64,000 nt of DNA from Macrostomum lignano (Eukaryota), in contig NIVC01001899.1 of the NCBI GenBank assembly GCA_002269645.1, forward strand, positions 62,001-126,000, written 5' to 3'. Below are positions 13,237 to 27,700 of this stretch, one piece after another (within the stretch, counting starts at the first letter, position 1; every line of letters starts with the position of its first letter). The position numbers and the translations under genes are program-made. A model generated the notes under the pieces. That model worked only from the letters and a program-made list of their open reading frames with translations, ran no database searches and was not told where the DNA came from.

Positions 13237-13871
13237 TCAAACCGCTGGCTCTGCTGATTGCTGCTGCTGTTGAGTCCGAGGAGTAGCAGCAGCAGAGGCA
13301 GCAGCATCAAAGTCCGGGACCAGCCAGTTGGCCACGCTAAAGTACATCAGCCGCCTGCCGCCAGCACTGTCGGAGGTCGGAGCTGAGAAGCCGATAAGAG
13401 AATTGCCGGAGGCGAAGGCTAATTCGGTCAGCGCCAGGTGAACGGTCACCCGGTGCAGGCAGCGGCCGCTGGTCAGGCAGTGCAGCACCACCGTCAGGTC
13501 TTCGCCGCCGGCGCTAGCCAACAGGCCGCCGCTACCGACGCTGTTGTCGACGTCGCCGATCGCATTCGACTTGACGGTTGAGGCGCCGGCGGGCACCTCG
13601 GCGATGGCCAGGGCGGCCACTTGACCGTCGTGTCGGGCGCGCATTCGAACGCGAATTTGACGCGCCGTCGGTTCGTCCGGCTCGGCGCCGCCCAGAGATT
13701 GGATGAGGGCCCAGTCCCACACCAGGGTGTGGCCGGCGGCGCAGCCTGTGGCCACCTGACGGTATGGGGCGAATTTGAAGTCGAGTGCTTGATTTGTATT
13801 GCCTGCTTTGGTATCTGTCTGTCTGTCTGTTTGTCTACCTGTCTGTCTGTCTGTATGTCTGCCAGCCAGCC

Positions 13872-13910
<39 letters not shown>

Positions 13911-16849
13911 ATGTCTCCCAGCCTGTCTGTCTGTCTGTCTGTCTGTCCGCCATCTCAAAGTCTAATCTACTTTTATCGAAATTTATAATTTATTTTATGT
14001 CAGCGTCTTTATCATTTTTCATAGTGTGATCTGTCCATTAGTACAAGCCGCACCACATGCAGGCACGGATCTCTGTATATTTCAAAGACAATCCAAAGCA
14101 ACAGAGCAATATCAAACCTTAGTCCTGTCCGCATTCACAGCCATAGCTGTAATTGGCAGGAACTCAAACTTCACCAGCTGATCCTTGGCCTGCCGCCTGT
14201 TAACATTAACCGACGTGGAATGCTTCAGCCAGGTGTGAAAGTAGGGCATCCGGGGCAGCCGACAGGCCCCGGCCGTGACGTCCCAAAGCTGGCAGTCGCC
14301 GACGCTGCCAACTAGGAATGCCTCGCGACTCCAATGGGTCAGCGAGTACACGGGCAGATTCGAGTCCAGGCTGGCCACAGTCCGGCGCCTGCCGCCCAAT
14401 CCGCCTGCGGCGGCGGCGTCCGAGGCAACGCAGGCCACCAGCTCGGTGCCGGGCGAGGCGAAATTCACGGCGAACAGGTGCTTGGTGGCCGACGCCGCCG
14501 GTGAGCTTTCGCTAGCGTCGGCGGAGACGCCGGCTGTGCCGCCAACCGTGTACTCCAGTACGCAGGTGTCTCCGCTGTCGCTGGTTCTCAGGCCGGTGAG
14601 CTGCCAGCGCCGCTGACCGCCGCCGCCGCCGATCAACGGCGGCAGGCATGTCTTTGTTCGCATTGGAGTCAGATTTGGCACCGAGAGTAGAGACACTTGC
14701 AGGTATTTGTCCGACTTCACCTGGCCAAAGGAGGGCAAGTGTGAAATCTTTATAATGCTGTGATAATTAAATATCAACTCTATTATATGTAAATATTGTA
14801 CATCCAGTATAAGTGGAAGTTTTTTGGTGACCGTCGAAAATGTCACACTGTGACTGTCAAATGTGACCGTGATGTGACCGTTAAATAAATGGTCTTTCAC
14901 GTGACCATACTGTTGTTTGAGGGTCACCGAACGGTCACATAGTAAGAATGTGACGTCCCACTTTTTATGAATACCAGAATCATAATCACGTAAAAGAACT
15001 CCACAACCGGAATTCCCAAACATGAGAACCCCACAACCGGAATTCCCAAACATGAGAACCCCACAACCGGAATTCCCAAACATGAGAACCCCACAACCGG
15101 GACTCCCAAATTAACATGAGAATCCCACAAACGGGACTTCCAAACATGAGAACCCCACAACCAGGATTTCGAAACATGAGAACTCCACAACTATGATCCC
15201 CAAACATGAGAACTCCACAACTATGATCCCCAAACATGAGAACTCCACAACTATGATCCCCAAACATGAGAACTCCACAACTATGATCCCCAAATATGAG
15301 AACCCAACAACTATGACCCCCAAACATGAGAACCCCACAACTATGACCCCCCAAACATGAGAATTGAGAACCCCACAACCGGGATTCCGAAAAATGAGAA
15401 CCCTACTTAAAAATCCCTAAACTCGCAAAGATCCTCAAAAACTTGATCCCAAAAGTGAACCAGCGCAGACCTGCTTCTTGAAAACGGCCACAATAGCTTC
15501 CGCTTGATCCGAATCTGTGGGAAATTTCTCCCACAGCAACGGCTTAGCCACCCGCTGCACCAGCCGCTTGCTGTCCATCTCCAATACGTAGAGCCACTCA
15601 GCATCCGACATCACGGCGTACTGGTCGGCCTGCAGCAGCCGCAGCCTGTCGACAGAGTCGAACTTAGGACCATCGCCGGGCGGCTCATCGTCGGCGCCTC
15701 CAGACGATGACGTAGGGTCATCCGAGGCCGCAGTCAGACGGAGCAGCTCAGGCCGAGTCACGCCGGCCTGCGGATCGGCCTGGCCTGGGCGCAGCGGCAG
15801 CAAAGTGAGACAGGCGCCGGTGCACAGGAGAACCCGGCGCCGCTCCGAGTCCAAGCAGTAAGCTGTGGCGTGCACGCATGGTAGCAGGCGTCTGGAACAC
15901 GAGAATCAATGATTTTCAATAGATATCGGCTCATTATTGAATATACCGACATGTAACGATTGAATATCCTTTGGAACTATCCGCATCCGAAATGTATACA
16001 AACCTGAATATTTCGATACATATCGGATCAAATGAACAATTTTTGATTGCTAAACTGTGTGAAATTATACCATTATTAAGAAATCTGTTTTCTATACATA
16101 TCGGCTAACAGTTACCTATAGTCGGCCTGGCTCAACGCCTGCGCTTCTCCCGGCTGCCAAGCTCGCAAGCACTGTTGCTTTCGGCTGAATGTCAAGAAGC
16201 CGCCGCCGCTGCCTCCTTCAGCGCCATCGCCATCGTGATTATCTCCGCACGAGTCGCCGCAGCCGGTGTGCAATAGGAAATCGATAGAGGCGCTGTGAGC
16301 GTGCACCGCTCCGGCTTGCTGCCAAGGCGGTTGGTCCAGATCCAGCAGTCCAATGCTGTTGGCCGCCAGGAGGCCGCCGTGAGAGCCGCAGACGACAAGC
16401 TGGCCGCCAGGCGACAGATGGCCCACGGTCACGTGCTGATGCGGCGCCAACTGCTGCTGCTGGACATCGTCAGGCGGCTGAGCAACCGGAGGTGCGGTTG
16501 TCAAGGCAACGGATTGACGCGAATGATTCCCGTCGACAGACAGGCGGACAACAAGCGACTGCGGCCCAAGGCGGACTGCGGCCTGCACGGATTCGTCGTC
16601 GCTGAATTGGAAGCTGCTCAGCACTGGCCGGTCAATGGTGGCGCCGTCCACGAGGGAGGACTCTTGCAGCACCTGCATGGACATGCGAGTGGGCGCTATG
16701 CTTCAATTAGCATGCGGCTAAACAGACACTTAGCCAGCTATTGCCTTCTGGGGGAGAATGGAGCATGAATCATATCAGCTGCGCCGGAAAAGAGCTGCGC
16801 CATCTAGAATATTGAACCTCAGACATTCAGACTAACCGACCGACCGACC

Positions 16850-16909
<60 letters not shown>

Positions 16910-19900
16910 GGCAGACAGACAGACAGACAGACAGACAGACAGGCAGACAGACAGACAGACAGACAGGCAGACAAACAGACAGACAGACAGACAGAGACAG
17001 GCAGACAGACAGACAGACAGACAGACAGACAGGCACACAAGAGCTCACCTGGCCAGAGGTAATCTCTATCTGCAGCACTCTACAGTCGGGCAGCACCAGC
17101 ACAAGCAGATCTTCCACAGACGGATGGCAGGCAAAGCCGGGCAATAGAGCTTGCTGCTGCGCAGACGGTAATTCAAATTCGCGAGTCCATAGCAACAGTT
17201 TCTCGTCGTGTTTCCAGCATTTAACAGCGGCATGCTTCTGGTGCAGTCCGACGTGGTGCAGTGAAACCAGGAGGTTCTCGGTCTCCGTATCCGGAAAGGC
17301 CAGCTGAAAGGTGGACTCCACGCCTTTGGCAATGAGCAGCTGCTTGTGATGGACGCTGAAACTGCTGGCCGGCTCCGACTTCTTCTGATTGGCTGGCATC
17401 TTCAATTTGCCGGCGCTGAAAGCCGAGTTCACCAGCAGTGCGATTCGATCCTCGGCCGCTATGGCCAGCCAGTTGGCTGCAGCGGGGGATGAGGAATAAC
17501 AATAGACTCACGGTGCGATAATGTGAGATGACAGGCTTGAACAGAGCAGGCATTGACAGGCAAGGGATTAGTTTCAAAAACCTAAGGGATGGCATAGCAA
17601 CCAGCCCGAAGGATCAGTGGATGACGTAGCAACCAGCTTGAAGGGCATAGCAACTGGCCTGGAGGGCATAGCAACAGGCCTGGAGGGCTTAGCAACAGGC
17701 CTGGAGGGCATAGCAACCGGCCTGGAGGGCATAGCAACAGGCCTGGAGGGCATAGCAACCAGACGGTGGGCTCAGTGGATGGATACAAAAGGAAGAAATC
17801 CCCGTAAAACTGATGGGTCAGCAAGGTTAGTGTAGATTTAGTTAATCAGCTGAATCCATGGAGAAAAGAATAGAATTCTTTCCACGACTGAAGCTACAAT
17901 ATAACAAGGCACTGACCTTGCCTAGAAACGGCCAAAGCCCGATTCAATGGCAATTTATTATTAATATTAACGCCGTGCTTGCACAACACCTGGCCGGTGT
18001 CCCAATCGTACAATCGGACGTAGCGCTGATCCAGCACTGCCAGCAGGGCCGCATGCGGGCACATAGCAACATCCAGCGGCGTGGACTCCAGCCTGACCGA
18101 GCACACAGCGGCCAAGGTGTCGGCGCTGTACAATCGCAGCTGATTGGCGGCGCCGGCAGTGGCAGACGAGGACGAAGATGCTGAAGAAGAATTGCTAATT
18201 AGCACAGCTAAGCGGCTGGAGTCCCAGGGCCGGGTCCACACGGCCGCAACTGACTGTAGGCTCCATTTGAGATCAGCCAGGCAGGTAGGGAAGCAGGCCA
18301 TGGCCGGCAGGAGGCGGGGAGCTTCAGCGGCGGCGTATGAGGAGCCTCCTATCAGATAGTCGACGCACTGTCGACAAAGCGACTGCAACGGCCGCCAACC
18401 GTCCAGGCCGCGCAGCTGGCCGAGCAGTTGGACGGGAAGGGCAGTCCGGTCGTCGCCGGGGTCCAGCCAGTTGCGGGCGAAGCTGACGCAGTCGTGCACC
18501 GCGCGCAGAGCGAACGGCAGCTCGGAGGTTGGCGACAGCTGGCGTGGGTGGTGAAGGGGAAGCGATTTAAGTGCAAGAGTAAATCGATATAGGTAATCGG
18601 CGGGAGTAACTTTGTCTGTCTTTTAACTCTAATATGCTTCGGCATTTTATTAAGAAATTTCTGCTTCTAGCAAAATTTGCAATACTCCGAATCGACGTCT
18701 TAACCTGTTTACAGTAGGTCTGCCTACAGACCTTTGAGACCTTTAACAACAGGCACCGCGGAACAGGGGATGAAGGCAGATAACGCCTGGCGGACAAGGA
18801 TTTGAGATTATTGCCTGACTGCAATCAGGGAGCCAGCCAGGGGGAGTCAAAATGAGTTAGATGAGTTAGTTGCCCCCCCCCCCCTAGTGACAATGGATGG
18901 CTTGTGCTCCCTGCATAAAGAAAATAATCTGCAAGTCCTAAGTCACAACTGCGGTGCTTAATGGCGCTAAAATCTCACTTGTGGCGCCAAAATCTCACCT
19001 GCGGCGCTAAAATCTCACCTGCGGCGCTAAAATCTCACATGCGACGCTAAAATCTCACTCGCGGGACTAAAATCTCACATGCGGCGCTAAAATCTCACCT
19101 AAGGCATTAAAATCTCACCTACGACGCTAAAATCTCCCCTCCGGCACTAAAACCTCACCTACGGCACTAAAATTTCACATAAGGCGCTAAAATCTCACCT
19201 ACGACGCTAAAATCTCACTCGCGGGACTAAAATCTCACATGCGGCGCTAAAATCTCACCTAAGGCATTAAAATCTCACCTACGACGCTAAAATCTCCCCT
19301 CCGGCACTAAAACCTCACCTACGGCACTAAAATTTCACATAAGGCGCTAAAATCTCACCTACGACGCTAAAATCTCACTCGCGGGACTAAAATCTCACAT
19401 GCGGCGCTAAAATCTCACATACGACGCTAAAATCTCACCTACGACGCTAAAATCTCACATACGGCACTAAAATTTCACCTGAGGCGCTAAAATCTCAACT
19501 GTGGCCCAAAAAAATATTACTGTCAGTGACACTATCGCTCCCCACCTTCCTATTAAAAATAGTTCCGCGGTGCCTCACAACATAACGACAAGGAAAATCG
19601 TGTTGCTAAGCCAAACCTGAGTGTCCGCTCGGCGAAGCGCGTCGTCCAGCTGGGCGAGCAGCTCGGCGCAGCCAAAAGCGTCAATAGCGGCCTGCAGGTA
19701 GCGCAAGCTGGCGGCGCAGCTGTCAATCAACTGGTCCCACATGCCGGCTTCGAGTAGGTGACGAAATAAACAGCGCAGTTTCCTTGGCTGCTTGGGAGAC
19801 AGCGGCGCCCAGGACACCAGCCGGTCAGCGTCGGGCACTACGAGACTGCGCTTGACGTTGGCAAATCGGATGGTGCGACGAATCGGGCCCTCGCTGGTGT

Positions 19901-21634
19901 AGATCTGCGACAGGCGCTGGTGCAGGTCGCGCTGCGCCTCAGGCGGGGCGTATCTGAGCACCGGATGAGTTGGGAAGTCAGGTGTTATTAAAGGTGAATG
20001 AGCTCATACAGGCTGCTGCTAAGAATGGGTTGAGAATTGAGATCTCTCAAACCCTGGAAACTCAGAATGGGTTGAGAATTATTGAGATCTCTCAAACCCT
20101 GAGAACTCAGAATGGGTTGAGAATTGAGATCTCTCAAACCCTGGAAACTCAGAATGGGTTGAGAATTATTGAGATCTCTCAAACCCTGAGAACTCAGAAT
20201 GGGTTGAGAATTATTGAGATCTCTCAAACCCTGAGAACTCAGAATGGGTTGAGAATTATTGAGATCTCTCAAACCCTGAGAACTCAGAATGGGTTGAGAA
20301 TTATTGAGATCTCTCAAACCCTGGAAACTCAGAATGGGTTGAGAATTATTGAGATCTCTCAAACCCTGGAAACTCAGAATGGGTTGAGAATTGAGATCTC
20401 TCAAACCCTGAGAACTCAGAATGGGTTGAGAATTATTGAGATCTCTCAAACCCTGAGAACTCAGAATGGGTTGAGAATTGAGATTTCTCAAACCCTGAGA
20501 ACACAGAATGGGTTGAGAATTATTGAGATCTCTCAAACCCTGAGAACTCAGAATGGGTTGAGAATTGAGATTTCTCAAACCCTGAGAACTCAGAATGGGT
20601 TGAGAATTGAGATCTCTCAAACCCTGAGAACTCAGAATGGGTTGAGAATTGAGATTTCTCAAACCCTGAGAACACAGAATGGGTTGAGAATTGAGATTTC
20701 TCAAACCCTGAGAACTCAGAATGGGTTGAGAATTGAGATTTCTCAAACCCTGAGAACTCAGAATGGGTTGAGAATTGAGATCTCTCAAACCCTGAGAACT
20801 CAGAATGGGTTGAGAATTGAGATTTCTCAAACCCTGAGAACACAGAATGGGTTGAGAATTATTGAGATCCCTCAAACCCTGAGAACACAGAATGGGTTGA
20901 GAATTATTGAGATCTCTCAAACCCTGAGAACACAGAATGGGTTGAGAATTATTGAGATCTCTCAAACCCTGAGAACTCAGAATGGGTTGAGAATTATTGA
21001 GATCCCTCAAACCCTGAGAACTCAGAATGGGTTGAGAATTATTGAGATCTCTCAAACCCTGAGAACTCAGAATGGGTTGAGAATTATTGAGATCTCTCAA
21101 ACAATGAGAACTCAGAATGGAGTGAGAATTGAGATTTCCCAGAAACAAATAAGAAATCGGCCGGGTCTCACCTGCGCTCCGCAGCCTCTCTAAACAGCCG
21201 GTGGTACCAGATAAGCGTGGCCTTGCCATCCGTGATGCGGGTCACCACAAAGTCGCCAATATCCTGCTGCATTCGCGACCAGAGCAGCGGCGGCACGCGG
21301 ACGACGCCTTTGATCGGCGGATCGTGATAGCGATAGAGCTCGTTCAGCAGGTCGTCCTGGCAGGACAGCGCGTCCTCCAGCTCCAGCTCGCTCAGGCCGT
21401 TGACACCAACGGTGATGAAGCCGAGAGTCAGGTGGACCATCAGCTGGCCGTAGCGATCCTCCAGAGCATCGAATAGGGCGCCTATTAGGGCCAGGGCACC
21501 GCCATGCTTCTGGCCGCCTGGTTAATTGGCAAGAATGAGTGGTTTGAATATCTAAATAGGCTTGGCTAAGAAACAGAAAAGACTGGCAGACAGGCGCTGA
21601 AAAAGCAAAACAAACAGGTTGACACGGACGGACG

Positions 21635-21690
<56 letters not shown>

Positions 21691-21725
21691 TGCAGGCAGG
21701 CAGGCAGACAGGCAGGCAGACAGGC

Positions 21726-21758
<33 letters not shown>

Positions 21759-24700
21759 TGCAGGCAGGCAGACAGGCAGACAGACAGACAGACAGACAGA
21801 CAGACGACAAAACATAAAAGTCGCGCACCCTCATTCTCCGAGTTGACCTCATCGTAGGAGGCCCACCGGCAGGCGCGGTCCAGGCTGAGCCGCAGCGCCA
21901 AGGCGCTCTCCCGGCCGTCGGCCAGCAGGGCGGCCATCTGGCGCGGCGTCACCCGCCTACCCCGAGCCGCCAGGTGCACCTCGGCGATGGAGCCAGCTAA
22001 GCCGGAGTCCATCGGCTCTAATTGGACAAAGCAGCTCTGCGAGGAGGAGGCCTTCGGCTGATGCTGCGCCTGCTGCCTGCCGCTGCCGTGGGCGCCGGCT
22101 CGAAGCCTGTCGAGCAGCCGGCCGGGCAACACGGAGAGCAGAGCGCGAGCGTTGGCGGGCAGGCGGTTTGGCAGCCAGCTGCAGGCGGCCATGGGGTCGC
22201 GGGCCTGGTCCAGGCTGTCCAGCAGCAGCAGCAGTGGCGGGCGGCTTGCTGCAATTTTTGAGTAGAGATAAGTGGCTTAAAGTTAGCATGAGAAGGCTTG
22301 GAAAATGCAAATTTATCGCGATTTATTGGGGAGATTCCTGGCATTGAGACTTATGGGACTGGGATTGCTGGGATTAGGAATCTTGGCATTGGGATTGCTG
22401 TTAATGGGATTCCTGTTATTGGGATTCCTTTTATTGGGATTAATAGGATTAGGATTCCTGTTATTAGGATTATTAGGATTATGATTCCTGTTATTGGGAT
22501 TATTAAGGATCGAGATTCCTGTTATTGGGATCACTGGGATTGGGATTTCTGGTATTGGGATTCCTGTTATTGGGATACCTGGTATTGGGATTTCTGGTAT
22601 TGGGATACCTGGTATTGGGATTTCTGGTATTGGGATTCCTGTTATTGGGATACCTGGTATTGGGATTTCTGGTATTGGGATTCCTGTTATTGGGATGCCT
22701 GGTATTGGGATTCCTGTTATTTGGATTCCTGAGATTAGGAATCGTGGCGTTGGGATTCCTTGCATTGTGATTCCTGTTATTGAGATTTGGGATCATGATT
22801 GATGGGACTGGGATTGCTAGAACTGAGATTTCTTATATTGGGGTTATTGAGACTGGGATTTCCGAGATTGGGTTCTTGGGACTAGGATTCCAGAGATCGG
22901 GATTCCATGGATTAGGGTATTAGGAAATGGCGTATTGCGACTGGAAACGTAGATCTCAATTTAGGTTATCGAATTAGTTGGCAATTTTGTGTGCTTCAAA
23001 GTTCAAATGAGTCATTAAAGTGTATTTAGCATTGACTGGTGTAATATAAATATGCAAAAGTATATCTATAGCTGACTAATCGAGTCAATTGCAATGCCTT
23101 CCTTATCTGCAAACATGTATACTAGTGCGCACAAAAATTCCAAGTGAAATGGATAGAGAAATTGAGGGAAAGTGTCAATGTGTCACTTTCGCATTGGTGT
23201 GGAAAGCGTTTGGCAATCTTTTCCTGTTGCAAAGTACAGTACTTAGTTAACTACGAGCTACTACTGTTACAAGTAGTAGAAATAAGACTTTTGAGCTTAC
23301 CAACACTTAATTTTTAACTCTGACTTAAGTGGGTGCTAATAAAGCAAAGGAATTCAGTAATAAGCGCCCCTAGTCTTGAGTAATAAGCGCCACTAAACTT
23401 CTGTAAGCGCCTCTACAATTCTGTTAGCGCCAGTAATATCACTAAATTAATTGGCGCCAACTACTTTAATGAAGAAGCTAAGACTAAAAACGAATCCAAC
23501 AAATTAAAAAGTGAGAACTCACTATCTCTAGCAACCGTAATAATTAGCCGATGCAGCATCTCTTTTGCGGCGCCAGCAGTCCTAGGCGCCTTATCTTCGC
23601 GCCATTTTAGTCGATAAGCCAGGCAGATTTGGCGGCACAGGCTGGACAGCACGCCCAGACTGTCCGTGCTGGCTGGCGAAGTGCCAACGTAGCGCAGAGC
23701 CACTACGCAGTCTCGGCCAAACCATTCGGGTGCGACTTGCGCTACTCGAGACACCTGGAAGATTTAATAGTGAGTGGTTGCTATTTTTAGAAGCATTTAG
23801 AGCCCCAGTCTCAGCCAATCAGATTTCATTCGCTGAAGGGTTTGTTTTAGTGGTTGCTATTTTTAGAAACACGCAAGGTACTGTACTCGGGACCCCTGAA
23901 AGATTCAATTGTGAGTGGTTGCTATTTTTAGAAGCATTTTGAAGGAACCCCTGTCTTAGCCAATTAGATTTCATTGGCTGAAAAATTTGTTTCAGAGCAT
24001 CAGCAGACACAGCAAGGTATTGTCGATCGGGAGTCCTTTTTTAAGTTTCCCATTATTGATCATTTTAAAAGTACATTCAGTTAGAATATTTTACTTACCA
24101 GTGCGGTTTTACCGTGCCCGCTAGGCGCCCACACAACCACAGTCTGATTGGCATTCCCGCCATTTAGCCAGCACTCCTTAATAGAATTCAGCTCCGCTTC
24201 TCGGCCGCAGAACTGGCGCAGCCGATCCCGACAGAACGCGGCGTGATGGCCCAACTCGTCCTGAAGAACCAGCATGGGAGCCAGCTGCTGCTGCTGATGA
24301 TGGTGCAGGCCGCCAGCGGCTATGGTCTGGTCAATCATCCTGGATACATCTGACACCAGGCAACGGGAGAGATTCGCCAGGTAGCGCTGGTGCTGCTCGA
24401 CACCTTCGGGCACAACGCCTCGACGATCCCAGGGCACGAGGAATTCCCGCCAACGCATGGAGCTGGACTTGATCGACTGTTTGAGTGATTTGAGCAGGCT
24501 GGCTGACTCAGTGTTTAACAGCAGGTTCTCGCCTTGGAGCATCAGGTCTGCGGCAAAAAGGGTCAACGGCTGCACTCAAGCTGGAGAATCTAACTGTTAC
24601 TGTTTCAGAGGTCGGCGGTGGCCTAGCAACTGAGGATCTGGGAGGCTGGCCCAGCAACTGAGGATCTGGGAGGCTGGCCCAGCAACTGGGGATCTGGGAG

Positions 24701-27700
24701 GCAGGCCCAGCAACTGAGGATCTGGGAGGCTGGCCCAGCAACTGAGGATCTGGGAGGCTGGCCCAGCAACTGAGGATCTGGGAGGCTGGCGGTGGCCCAG
24801 CAACTGAGAATCTGGGAGGCTGGCCCAGCAACTGAGGATCTGGGAGGCTGGCCCAGCAACTGAGGATCTGGGAGGCTGGCCCAGCAACTGGGGATCTGGG
24901 AGGCTGGCCCTGCAACTGGGGATCTGGGAGGCTGGCCCAGCAACTGGGGATCTGGGAGGCTGGCCCTGCAACTGAGGATCTGGGAGGCTGGCCCAGCAAC
25001 TGAGGATCTGGGAGGCTGGCCCAGCAACTGAGGATCTGGGAGGCTGGCCCAGCAACTGGGGATCTGGGAGGCTGGCCCAGCAACTGGGGATCTGGGAGGC
25101 TGGCCCTGCAACTGGGGATCTGGGAGGCTGGCCCAGCAACTGGGGATCTGGGAGGCTGGCCCTGCAACTGAGGATCTGGGAGGCTGGCCCAGCAGCTGAG
25201 GATCTGGAAGGCTGGGATTACAGACGGCCCAGTCTCAGGATCTGGGATTAGAGAAGGCCCAGTCTCAGGATTTGGGATTAGAGAAGTCCCAGTCTCAGGA
25301 TCTGGGATTAGAGAAGTCCCAGTCTCAGGATCTGGGATTAGAGAAGGCCCAGTCTCAGGATCTGGGATTAGAGAAGGCCCAGTCTCAGGATCTGGGATTA
25401 GAGAAGTCCCAGTCTCAGGATCTGGGATTAGAGAAGGCCCAGTCTCAGGATCTGGGATTAGAGAAGGCCCAGTCTCAGGATCTGGGATTAGAGAAGTCCC
25501 AGTCTCAGGATCTGGGATTAGAGAAGTCCCAGTCTCAGGATCTGGGATTAGAGAAGGCCCAGTCTCAGGATCTGGGATTAGAGAAGGCCCAGTCTCAGGA
25601 TCTGGGATTAGAGAAGTCCCAGTCTCAGGATCTGGGATTAGAGAAGTCCCAGTCTCAGGATCTGGGATTAGAGAAGGCCCAGTCTCAGGATCTGGGATTA
25701 GAGAAGGCCCAGTCTCAGGATCTGGGATTAGAGAAGTCCCAGTCTCAGGATCTGGGATTAGAGAAGGCCCAGTCTCAGGATCTGGGATTAGAGAAGGCCC
25801 AGTCTCAGGATCTGGGATTAGAGAAGGCCCAGTCTCAGGATCTGGGATTAGAAAAGGCCCAGTCTGAGGATTTGGGATCACAGAACTAGCAGGCAAAAAA
25901 CTCACCAGTATACTTCTCCGCCGCCTCGTGGTGCAGGCACAGGTCGGTGAGCTCGCGAATGTACACCAGCTGGTTGTCTGGTCTGCCAGAAGCGGCCTGC
26001 CTGGCGGCGATCACTTCCGCCTCGGTAACGCTGCGCAGGTAGCGGGCGAGAGACTCCTGCGAAATGCTGCCAGCCTCCGCGGCCTGATTGATATTTCAGT
26101 GGCTTTCAGTTTGCTTTTGGTAGTGAGTAGCATATGCACAGTAGTATGAAAGGCAAAGGGTATTTTTTCGGATAGTTCTATGGCAGCTAAAGGGTATTTT
26201 ATCGGGTAGTTTTATAGCAGCTAGAGGGTATTTTATCAGGTAATTCTATGCCAGTTAACAGATATTTTATCGGGCAATTCTATGCCAGTTAACGGGTATT
26301 TTATCGGGAAATTCTATGCCAGTTAACGGGTATTTTATCGGGCAATTCTATGCCAGTTAACGGGTATTTTATCGGGAAATTCTATGCCAGTTAACGGGTA
26401 TTTTATCGGGCAATTCTATGCCAGTTAACGGGTATTTTATCAGGCAATTCTATGCCAGTCAGTGTGACCACAGCGCATTTTGAAAATAATTGAGCAGGAC
26501 AAATTTTTTTTGAGCAGCAACATTAGGCATTGTTTTTTGGAAAAAAATCGCTTTATGTGAAATAATTAACAAACAGAAAAGAAAAAAACTACATTTCTAG
26601 TCACAAAAACCTTTAAAAAACTTTTTTGAATCCAGTGATATATTTGTTTAACTTAGACAACAACCCTGTGACACTGACACGATTTTTATGTATTTCCAAA
26701 TTCCAGACTTCCCACTTCACTGCGCCAATTTCAAATCATATTCAAATCAAATCATTCAGTCTCAAATCATATCTCAAATCATGTCTTAACTCAAATTAAT
26801 ATAGACGTTAAGTTTTTACTGGTATTATCGTCCAGCGATTCACTTCTTGTTTGTTGATCTCGTTAATCCGCCTTTTGGAGCATCTCCTGTGCCAGATATG
26901 TTTTCTCATTTCGTTGATTACCTTTTGTTCAGAAGCTTCGTTCGTCCTCTTGCTTTTTTTCTTTTCCCGCTCATTGGCCTTCCGACGCTGCATGTTTAGC
27001 TTTTTCTGAAGGCAGTTCATTACTTCTTCACGCTCCTTTGCCTTAGCACGTGCTTCAGCGTTTGCACAGGCATCAAAACTGAGGACCAACAGCAAGCGGT
27101 CAGTGCAAAAATCGGATGGCTCTTTTTCCCTTTAGCCAGGACTTGATGGACAAAGGACAGTCCAGTGTATAATCGGCCAGCTGGTTTCGCTGCTTCGTGA
27201 CATTGTTGGCAATCCATTTGATGACCCGCTCACTGTCGGCGTTTCTATGCGGTAGGCATAGAAATTCCTCACATGGCAATGCGGCCCAGAACTTCTCCGG
27301 TTCTTTGACTCTAGCGTTCAAAGCATTCAACGCAACTTAATGACCTCCAGTCACAGGTCGTCTAGACGAGCGGGTTCAATTACAGTCGGCATAGCCTTAG
27401 CAATCAGGATGACCGTCTCTTCCAAATTCAATTGGTGATCGAGCAGTTGATGTGGGTCAACAAAGCGCAAGCTCGTAGAAGTTTGCTTTCCAACGGCAGG
27501 TAGGCAAAGAAGCGACTGGTGAGCTCAACATAGAAGTCTCGCACTGCCTTAAAAAGCCCACTCGATCTATTTTGGGCAGGCGGCCAATAGTGGTCCTGAT
27601 GTTGGCTCCTCAGCTCAGCGTTGACTAGCTGGTTAGAGTGATCCTTTGCAGCAGTGAAGAGATTGGAGAGTGATGTTGCCGCCTCCACCACGTCAGGACG

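Noticed and set aside
18832-18890. cagggagccagccaggggg..cccccc, a possible transposon terminus
   Set aside because: No partner end identified.
24508-25905. 465-aa ORF (PDPETG / SCWASLPDPQ repeats) and overlapping repeat ORFs
   Set aside because: They are translations of two intronic minisatellites in NWD-like intron 3; the flanking exons join in phase without them.
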